Shown here: positions 57,031-64,000 of the stretch, one piece after another
How positions within the stretch are numbered: position 1 is the stretch's first letter
How the letters are laid out: every line of letters begins with the position of its first letter
From: Candidatus Marinacidobacterium sp.
GTDB lineage: Bacteria > Acidobacteriota > Vicinamibacteria > Marinacidobacterales > Marinacidobacteraceae
DNA length: 64,000 bases
Assembly (NCBI GenBank): GCA_965204755.1
Contig: OZ242011.1
Coordinates: 96,001-160,000, forward strand
Direction of reading: 5' to 3'
Program-made: the position numbers and the translations under genes
The notes under the pieces: model-generated
What the model was told of the DNA's origin: nothing
What the model saw: the letters and a program-made list of their open reading frames with translations, nothing else
The model's database searches: none

Positions 57031-58171
57031 TTACGCCCGCCGGGCCTCCGGCGCCGGGCCCGGCGCCTCCTCGGCCGCCGCAGTCGCCGCGAACGCCAGC
57101 CCCGCGCGGATGAACGAGTCGAGATCGCCGTTCATCACCCGCTCCACATCGCCGACCTGGTGGTTCGTCCGGTGGTCCTTCACCATCCGGTAGGGCTGGA
57201 AGACATAGGAGCGGATCTGGTTCCCCCAGGCGATCTCCCCCGCGCTCTCCTTCTGCGCCTGCTCCTCGGCCTTCCGCTCCCGCGCGGCGCGGTCGTAGAG
57301 GCGGGCGCGGAGCACCTTCATGGCCGAGTCCCGGTTCCGGTGCTGGGACCGCTCGTTCTGGCAGGAGACCACGATCCCGGTCGGCAGGTGGGTGATACGC
57401 ACCGCCGAGTCGGTCACATTCACATGCTGGCCGCCCTTCCCGCTCGCCCGGAAGGTGTCGATCCGCAGGTCGGCGTCCGCGATCTCGACGGTGATCCGGT
57501 CGTCGAGGTCGGGGAATGCGGAGACCGATGCGAAGGAGGTGTGGCGCCGATGCTGGCCGTCGAAGGGCGAGAGCCGCACCAGCCGGTGGACCCCGGCTTC
57601 GACCCGCAACCGCCCGTAGGCGTGTTCGCCCTTCACCTCGAAGGTCGCGCCCTTGATTCCGGCTTCCTCGCCGGGCTGGCGGTCGAGCATCTCGATGTCG
57701 AAGCCCCGGCCCCGGGCCCAGCGGATGTACATCTCCACCAGCATCTCGGCCCAGTCCTGGGCGTCCGTCCCGCCGGCGCCGGCGTTCACGGTGACGATGG
57801 CGTCTTCGCGGTCGTGTTCCCCGAAGAACAGCCGCCGGAGTTCGAGTTCGTCGAGTTGGGAGGCCAGTCGGCCGCAGTGCTCCCGGAAGTCGGACTCGAC
57901 CTCCTCCCCTTCCCGGAGCCACTCGGCGAGCGTTTCCGCCTCGTCCACCAGCGCCTCGAAGGTCCGCCGCCGCTCCAGGTCGGCGGCCAGCGCCGCGCGT
58001 TCGCGGGAGAGTTCCTCCCCCCCGCCGGAGGCGCCCCAGACCGCGGCGTCGCTGAGCCGCTCGTCGAGTTCGGCGACTCGGGCGGCTACCGCTTCCGGGT
58101 CAAAGAAACCCCCGGACGACGGAGACCCGGTCGAGAAGGGTTCGGTAGTGCTCGAAGAGTTCCTGGCTCAT
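57031..58171 (-). CDS. prfB: Peptide chain release factor 2, programmed +1 frameshift
   Basis: ATG 58171 gives MSQELFEHYRTLLDRVSVVRGFL, then CTT TGA C (58105-58099), continuing in the +1 frame as DPEAVAARV. Has AGAGGTDAQDW, SPF, GGQ, WGNQIRSYV. Confidence 0.95.
58099..58113 (-). promoter_or_regulatory. prfB frameshift signal (SD-like GGGGG + CTT TGA C)
   Basis: Coding strand reads GGGGG TTT CTT TGA C, the canonical RF2 autoregulatory site. Confidence 0.93.
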
Positions 58172-58272
58172 GGCGATCGCCCGCGGGGCGGCGAAATGCT
58201 AACCACGCGGCGCCGGCGGCCGCCGCCCGGAAGGGGCGGAGCGGCGGCCCGGCGCCCTTACGGGTCCCCGTT

Positions 58273-59055
58273 TCAGCGCGTGGTGACCATGGCGGCGTAC
58301 TCCTGTTTTTCGAGTTGCGCCGCCACTTCCCGCGCGGCCTCGCGGGTGGAGAAGCCGCCGACGCGCACCCGGAACACGCCGCTCGGCGCGCCTTCGAGAT
58401 AGGCGTCCATCCCCTGCCCGGAGAGTTGGGCCACCATCTGCTCCGCCGTTCCCCGGTTCTTGAACGCCGCCACCTGGATGGTGAAGGGCCCGGCGGGCGC
58501 GGCGCGGCGGGCCGCCGGACGAGCGGCGGCGGAGGCCGGCCGAACCTGCCCGGCGGCCCGCGCCAGGTGCTCGGGGCTCGTCGAGGCGATCCGCACCGGG
58601 CCTTCGACCCGGGCTTGCGGCGCCGCGCCGGCGGACGGCGCGGAGGCGGGAGGGGGCGCCGGACGCGCCGCGGGCTCGGCGATCGGGAGCCGCACGCTGC
58701 CCGGATTCCCGGTCCGATTTCCGGCCGGCGGCGCGGCGGCGGCGGTCCGGACCGCCGGCCGCTCGGCCGGCGCGGGCGCCGCCGGGGCCGGGGCGGGCGT
58801 CGGCGCCGGACCCTCGGGGGCGGCGCTCTCCGCCGGCGCGGAGGGCCCGGCCGAAGGGGTCGAAGCCTCCACCGCGGACGGCGCGGCGCGGCGGGCCGCG
58901 ATGGCCTCCGCCGCCCCGGGGGCCATGCCCCGTCCGATCACGATCCCGCCGACGAACACGCCGCCGACGATGACGACCAGCACGGCGAGCAGCAACGCCA
59001 ACTGCCGGGTCGAGAACTGGACATCGTAGTGGTCGCTGTCCTGGTATCCGCTCAT
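58273..59055 (-). CDS. SPOR domain-containing cell-division protein
   Basis: N-terminal TM, Pro/Ala linker, FTIQVAAF..A..L..FRVRVGGF. Confidence 0.88.
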   Translation of the reverse strand: MSGYQDSDHYDVQFSTRQLALLLAVLVVIVGGVFVGGIVIGRGMAPGAAEAIAARRAAPSAVEASTPSAGPSAPAESAAPEGPAPTPAPAPAAPAPAERPAVRTAAAAPPAGNRTGNPGSVRLPIAEPAARPAPPPASAPSAGAAPQARVEGPVRIASTSPEHLARAAGQVRPASAAARPAARRAAPAGPFTIQVAAFKNRGTAEQMVAQLSGQGMDAYLEGAPSGVFRVRVGGFSTREAAREVAAQLEKQEYAAMVTTR

Positions 59056-59159
59056 GGGGCGCTCCTCCGGAGTAGGCGGCCTCGAGGGGCCGCGGAACCT
59101 GCCGGCGATCCCCCGCCGGGCCCCGCCGAAGCGAGGTCCGGCGGCGCCGGTACTCCTAG

Positions 59160-59201
59160 ATTCTATGCCAACTTAGGCGCACTATGTCAAGTGATACTTG
59201 A
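59160..59201 (-). promoter_or_regulatory. Putative sigma70-like promoter with overlapping palindrome
   Basis: Minus strand TTGACA (59190-59185), 19-bp spacer, TAGAAT (59165-59160). TCAAGT-N3-ACTTGA dyad at 59187-59201. Lies in a conspicuous AT-rich patch. Confidence 0.6.
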
Positions 59202-59259
59202 AGTGTTGCGCGCCGGCGGCGGCGACCGGCGCGGGGCGCCGGCGCCGGACGGGCCGACT

Positions 59260-60069
59260 TCAGCCCGAGGAGGCGGGGCCGCCGCCCTCCCCGCCCCGGG
59301 GCTTCGAGGGGAGGGCGGTGGTCTCGACGAAGGGCTTCACCAGGTCGAGCGGCAGCGGGAAGACGATGGTGGAGTTCTTCTCGGCGGCGATTTCGGTCAG
59401 CGTCTGGAGGTAGCGCAACTGGGCGCCGAGCGGGTGCCGGCCCACGATCTCGGCGGCTTCGGCGAGTTGCGCGGAGGCCTGGTACTCGCCTTCGGCGTGG
59501 ATGACCTTGGCGCGCTTCTCCCGCTCCGCTTCCGCCTGCCGGGCGAGGGCGCGGGTCATCTCCTGGGGCAGGTCCACATGCTTCACTTCGACGGAAGCCA
59601 CCTTCACGCCCCAGGGATCGGTCCCCTTGTCCAGAATCCCCTGCAGCCGCATGTTGAGTTGTTCGCGCTGCGAGAGCAGGTCGTCGAGTTCCACCTGCCC
59701 GAGCACGCTCCGGAGCGTGGTCTGGGCGAGTTGGGAGGTCGCGTAGAGGTAGTCCTCGACCTCCACCACCGCCTTCACCGGGTCCACCACCCGGAAGAAC
59801 ACCACCGCGTTCACCTTCACGGACACATTGTCGCGGGTGATGATGTCCTGCGGCGGCACATCGAAGGCGAGCACCCGCAGGCTCAACTTCACCAACCGGT
59901 CGATGGGGGCGAAGACCAGCACCAGGCCCGGCCCCTTGGTGCCCGGGAGCAACTTCCCGAAGCGGAAGACCACCCCGCGTTCGTACTCGTTCAGGACCTT
60001 GATCCAGTTGAGGATGAAGATGGCCGCGAGGGCGATGGCGATGACTCCGCCGAGCGGAAGTCCGAACAT
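59260..60069 (-). CDS. Slipin/stomatin (SPFH) family protein
   Basis: [56 protein letters not shown]. Confidence 0.95.
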   Translation of the reverse strand: MFGLPLGGVIAIALAAIFILNWIKVLNEYERGVVFRFGKLLPGTKGPGLVLVFAPIDRLVKLSLRVLAFDVPPQDIITRDNVSVKVNAVVFFRVVDPVKAVVEVEDYLYATSQLAQTTLRSVLGQVELDDLLSQREQLNMRLQGILDKGTDPWGVKVASVEVKHVDLPQEMTRALARQAEAEREKRAKVIHAEGEYQASAQLAEAAEIVGRHPLGAQLRYLQTLTEIAAEKNSTIVFPLPLDLVKPFVETTALPSKPRGGEGGGPASSG

Positions 60070-60134
60070 GGGGCGATTCCTCTGTGGTTACGGGATGGGA
60101 TCCCCGCCGGGGCGGGGGTAGCGGGAGCGGCGGC

Positions 60135-61472
60135 TCAGCCGGCGTCTTCGCCGGGGGCGACCCGGAGGATCAGCCCGTCCACTTCGAGCACCCGGACGCG
60201 CTCCCCCTCCGAGACCGGTTCGGCCGCGGTGGCGTCCCAGTACTCGCCGCGCAGGAAGACGGTGCCTTCCCCGCCCGGGGAGATGCCGGTGCGGGCGGTC
60301 GCGGTCTGGCCGATCATCCCCTCCCGGCCGGTCACGGTGGGCGCGCGCTGCGCCCGGACGACCATCCGCCCGAGCAGGACGACGACCACCGCGAAGAGCA
60401 GTACCGAGGGAACGACGAATCCGTAGGTCACTTCGAGGGCCGGCGTGGGCAGCGACTGCTCCTCGAAGAAGAAGAACAGCCCGACCACCAGGGCGGCCGC
60501 GCCGGAAGCCCCCATTATGCCGAAGGAGGGCGTCAGGGCTTCCGCGGTCAGCAGGCCCAGCCCGGCCAGCAGCAGGAGCACGCCGAGCGCGCTCACCGGG
60601 AGCAGGTTCAGCCCGAACCCGGCGAGCAGCAGCGCGATGCCGCCCAGGATGCCCGGGAACAGCAGGCCCGGGTTCGAGAACTCCAGGTAGAGGCCGAGGA
60701 GCCCGATCATCCCCAGGAGGACGGCCAGGTTCGGGTTCGCGATCACCGAGAGCACCCGGTCCCGGAGGGTGAGTTCCGTGGAGACCACCGGGGCGCCGGC
60801 GGTCCGGAGCACCGCTTCCCCGCCGTCCGCGCGCGCGACCGCCCGGCCGTCGAGCGCCTCGAGGAACTCGGCCTCGCTCGCGGCCACGAGATCGATGAGC
60901 CCGCCTTCGAGGGCTTCGGAGGCGGTCCAACTGCGCGCCTCGGTGACTCCCTGTTCGGCGAGTTCGATGTCCCGGCCGCGCCGCTCGGCGATGGAACGGA
61001 GGTACGCGGCGGCGTCCGACTCCACCTTGCGGCTCAGCGTCTCCGGCATCTCCCCGCCGGTCCCGGCGACCGGGGTGGCCGCGCCCATGTTCGTCCCCGG
61101 CGCCATGCCGGAGATGTCGGCGGAGAGGGTGATCAGGTAGCCGGCGGAAGCGGCGCGCGACCCCGAGGGGCCGACGAATACCGCGACCGGGACTTCGCTG
61201 TTCAGGATCGCCTCGATGATCTCCCGCATGGCGGTGTCGAGGCCGCCCGGCGTGTCCAGCCGCAGGAGCACCAGCCCGGCCTCCGCCTCGGCGGCGCGTT
61301 CGATGGTCTCGACCACCCGCCCGGCGGAGACCGAATGGATGATGTCCACCACCTCCACCCGATAGACCGGCGCGGGCGGGTCGAGGGCCGCCGCCCCGGT
61401 CGCGGCGGAGGCGGCCGCCGCGGCCCCCGCCCCGGCGGCCAGCAGCAGCGGGAACGCGGCCCGGGCGGTCAC
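60135..61472 (-). CDS. nfeD: NfeD-family membrane-bound serine protease (ClpP class)
   Basis: LDTPGG, RAASAG, MAPGTNMGAA.PV, TM block, C-terminal GEYW.A OB domain. Adjacent to slipin. Confidence 0.93.
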   Translation of the reverse strand: MTARAAFPLLLAAGAGAAAAASAATGAAALDPPAPVYRVEVVDIIHSVSAGRVVETIERAAEAEAGLVLLRLDTPGGLDTAMREIIEAILNSEVPVAVFVGPSGSRAASAGYLITLSADISGMAPGTNMGAATPVAGTGGEMPETLSRKVESDAAAYLRSIAERRGRDIELAEQGVTEARSWTASEALEGGLIDLVAASEAEFLEALDGRAVARADGGEAVLRTAGAPVVSTELTLRDRVLSVIANPNLAVLLGMIGLLGLYLEFSNPGLLFPGILGGIALLLAGFGLNLLPVSALGVLLLLAGLGLLTAEALTPSFGIMGASGAAALVVGLFFFFEEQSLPTPALEVTYGFVVPSVLLFAVVVVLLGRMVVRAQRAPTVTGREGMIGQTATARTGISPGGEGTVFLRGEYWDATAAEPVSEGERVRVLEVDGLILRVAPGEDAG

Positions 61473-61951
61473 CGGAGACCCCGGTCGTGGATCGTTCGAA
61501 GTTCGAGGACCTCGAGTTCCCGCTCCCCCGCCGGGGTGCGGACGCTGACTTCGTCCCCGACCCGGGAGCCCATGAGCGCCTGCCCGATGGGGGAGCCGGT
61601 GGAGACCCGGCCCCGGGCGGCGTCCGCCTCCTCGCTGACCACGAGTTCGTAGGTGATCTTCTTCTCGTCGTCGGAGGAGAGGTCGAGGACCACCACCTCG
61701 CTGCCGAGCGAAGCGCGGTCGGCGGGGATGTTGTCCAGGTTGAGCATGGACAGGTCGGCGAGCCGCTTCTTGAGTTGGGCGAGCCGGACCGCCACATACC
61801 CCTGCCGCTCCTTCGCCGCTTCGTACTCGGCGTTCTCGGAGAGGTCGCCGTGCTCGCGGGCCTCCTTGATCTGGCGCGGGAGGTGGATGTGGAGTTCTTC
61901 TTCGAGTTCGCGGACTTCGGCTTCGAGGCGGGAGCGGAAGGAAAGGGTCAC
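61469..61951 (-). CDS. greA: Transcription elongation factor GreA
   Basis: AREHGDLSENAEYEAAK, VSTGSPIGQALMG..VGD. Confidence 0.93.
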   Translation of the reverse strand: MTLSFRSRLEAEVRELEEELHIHLPRQIKEAREHGDLSENAEYEAAKERQGYVAVRLAQLKKRLADLSMLNLDNIPADRASLGSEVVVLDLSSDDEKKITYELVVSEEADAARGRVSTGSPIGQALMGSRVGDEVSVRTPAGERELEVLELRTIHDRGLR

Positions 61952-62295
61952 GGAGTCGGGCGGGGAGTCGGTTGGGGACCGGAGCGGGCGCCGGCGGGTC
62001 GCCGGTTCGGGAAACGGGAAGGCGGAACGAAGGAGCCGGCGCCCTCGGAGCGCCGGCGGGCGCGCCGCGCGGCGGAGGCGGTCGACGGACGGCGAACGGC
62101 GGAGGCCGACCCCGGCCGAGCCCGAAAGCGCCGGCGGGTCGGGCTCTCCGGAGCCGGCGTCGGCCTCCTCGCGGTCACCCCCCGTCAGCCCCCGCGCCGG
62201 CTGGCGGAACGACCGCCGAACCGCCCGCCGGGCGAGCGGATTTCAGCATAGCAGCCTGCGGGGAGGGAACCCCGCCGGGAAAACGAACGAGGACT

Positions 62296-63060
62296 TCATG
62301 CCTCCGGTCGAGACGGGGATGAAGGGGCGCTCTTTCCACCGGCGGACAGCACCGCCGCCCGGCGCTCCCTCGCCGCGTCCGAGAACCACGAGTCCAGGAA
62401 CAGTTCCCGCGTTTCCCGGCGGCGGGAGGCAGCGGCGCGGAGCGCGTCGGCGCGGAGTTCGCGTTTCGTATGGGCGAACGCCTCGCGCGGTCGTTCGCCG
62501 AGTTCCTCCGCCCGCTCCGAAGCGGCCCCCAGCAGGGACTCCGGCGGCGCGAGTTCGTGGAGGAACCCGTTCTCGACGGCTTCCGCCGGCCCGGTGAGCC
62601 GGCCCCGCAGCAGGACTTCCGGCCGGCGCTGCGGCGGCACCGCGGCGCGGACGATCTCGAAGGCCGCCGCCGGGAACACGACGCCCAGGGACACCTCCGA
62701 CACTCCGACGCGGTAGTCGCCCTCCGCGCCGATCCGCACATCGGCGGCGGCGGCCAGGATCGCCCCGCCCGCCACCGCGTGCCCGTTCACCGCGGCGACC
62801 ACCGGGAGCGGGAAGGCGAACAGCCGCAGCAGGAGCGCCTCGAAGGCGTCCACGAACTCCCCCATCTCCTCGCGGGACTCGGGAAGACCGACGAGATCGA
62901 GCCCGGCGGAGAAGAACCGCCCGCTCCCGGTGAGCACGAGCGGCCGCGCCTCGGCTTCGGCGCGGTCGAGATGGCCGCCGAGCGCGGCGAGGAGCGCCCC
63001 GTCTATGGCGTTCGCCCGCCCGTGCTCCAGGCGGGCGACCAGGGCGCGCGGCGCGGACAC
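62296..63060 (-). CDS. Enoyl-CoA hydratase/isomerase family protein
   Basis: ANAI, FFSAGLDL, VVAAVNGHAVAGG, GVSEVSLG. Confidence 0.9.
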   Translation of the reverse strand: MSAPRALVARLEHGRANAIDGALLAALGGHLDRAEAEARPLVLTGSGRFFSAGLDLVGLPESREEMGEFVDAFEALLLRLFAFPLPVVAAVNGHAVAGGAILAAAADVRIGAEGDYRVGVSEVSLGVVFPAAAFEIVRAAVPPQRRPEVLLRGRLTGPAEAVENGFLHELAPPESLLGAASERAEELGERPREAFAHTKRELRADALRAAASRRRETRELFLDSWFSDAARERRAAVLSAGGKSAPSSPSRPEA

Positions 63061-63165
63061 GGCGACCTCGGCCCCGGCGCCGCCGCCGATCCCGCGCCCG
63101 GCGGCCGCGCTGTCCCGGGCCCGCCGCGCGGTCAGGAAGCGCCGGTCAGCGAGAAGGGAGCGCCG

Positions 63166-63807
63166 TCACGGAAGCGCGGCGAGCGCCTCCATGAGCGGTT
63201 CGTAGTCCTCCCGGATCCGGTAGTCGTAGTTCACATACCGGAGCACGCCTTCCCGGTCGATGACGAAGGTCGCGCGGGAGGCGTAGCGGACGCCGTCGAT
63301 CTCGAGCGGCTCGACGCCGTAGGCGTCCACCGCCTGCGAGTTGCCGTCGGAGAGCAGCACCAGCCCGGGGAGTTCACCGGGGGCCGCCGGCTCCACCATC
63401 ATGCCGGACTCGGCGCCCACGCTCTTCAACCAGTTCCACTGGGAGAACGGCGTGTCCACGCTGATGCCGAAGACTTGGGTGTCCGCATCCAGAAACTTCC
63501 GGATGTCGTCCTTGTAGGACGAAAACTGGAGCGTTCAACCGCCGGTCCAGTCCGCCACATAGAACGCCAGGACGATGTTCTTCTGTCCCAGCACCTCGGA
63601 GAGCGCGATCTTCCGATCGCCGGCGCGTTCGCCGGCGGTGGAGGGGAGCGCCGCCGGGAAGGCCGGCGCCCGGTCCCCGACCTTCAACTTCTCGGCGGTC
63701 TTCATCGCCTCGGGCGGGGGCTCAGTACCGGCGGCCGCCCCCGAGGCGGCGAGAGCCGGCCCGCCGGCCAGGAGGCCGGTGAGCAGGAGGGCGGAGCGTG
63801 TTCGCAC
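63166..63807 (-). CDS. Exported peroxiredoxin (AhpC/TSA-redoxin) with in-frame UGA, probable selenoprotein
   Basis: The two track ORFs (63535-63807 and 63166-63459) are in the same frame: LKVGDRAP..LAFYVADWTGG-UGA-TLQFSSYKDDIRKFLDADTQVFGISVDTPFSQ..SRATFVIDREG. UGA sits at the peroxidatic Cys position (TxxC). Confidence 0.85.
63506..63522 (-). promoter_or_regulatory. Candidate SECIS-like hairpin
   Basis: TCGTCCT-ACA-AGGACGA starts after a 12-nt gap downstream of the UGA. The loop lacks the usual G. Confidence 0.45.
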
Positions 63808-63930
63808 GGGCGACCCCTTTCGGAAACAACGACTGTCGGGAAACGGACGACGAGTGTACCGCCGCCGGGGGGTCGGGTTCCCCCGCTGCCGCCGGACTCG
63901 CGGGGCGGGCCGCGGCGCCGGCGGCGGGTG

Positions 63931-64000
63931 TCAGGGGGCGTCCGGCGCCAGCCGGCCGTACTTCCGGAGCGCCTCGCGGAGGCGGTCGTGGGGGAGGCCG
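63931..64000 (-). CDS. C-terminus of a gene entering from the right edge (possibly a DmpA/P1-family peptidase)
   Basis: ..LPHDRLREALRKYGRLAPDAP* resembles DmpA-family C-termini. Only ~22 codons are visible. Confidence 0.4.
   Translation of the reverse strand, partial: GLPHDRLREALRKYGRLAPDAP

Noticed and set aside
57031-58171. prfB and the peroxiredoxin (63166-63807) as pseudogenes
   Set aside because: Both interruptions fall exactly at known recoding positions (RF2 slippery site; catalytic Cys/Sec).

Overview
Very GC-rich (roughly 70-75% by eye) bacterial DNA. Most long Arg/Pro/Gly-rich ORFs in the supplied track are antisense or off-frame shadows, so starts were re-called by hand. Positions ~1-49.2 kb are a large cell-surface glycosylation and decoration locus. 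It holds GT2/GT4 glycosyltransferases, a GtrB/ArnC-like GT2 with an LPG-synthase-type flippase, eight or more multi-pass GT-C-like proteins, four SGNH paralogs, two TupA-like ATP-grasp ligases, three sulfotransferase-type genes, an sxtI/J/K-like carbamoyltransferase module, an O-antigen-ligase/ExoA-like fusion and an atypical PQQ dehydrogenase. Six of the GT-C-like proteins share an unrecognised ~95-aa two-cysteine C-terminal domain, at least 12 copies in total. One ATP-grasp gene is frameshifted at a G22 tract. A lower-GC islet (~31.3-34.3 kb) interrupts the locus and encodes a 2-TM protein, an ImmA/IrrE peptidase and a nuclease-methyltransferase fusion. The last 15 kb is mostly housekeeping: glutaminyl cyclase, Na+/solute symporter, Uma2, M28 peptidase, DUF1684, prfB with its programmed +1 frameshift, SPOR, slipin/NfeD, greA, enoyl-CoA hydratase, and a probable selenocysteine peroxiredoxin. 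AGCT and ACGT appear almost absent across the window. No rRNA, tRNA or CRISPR array was recognised. All family assignments come from motif recognition, not database searches.
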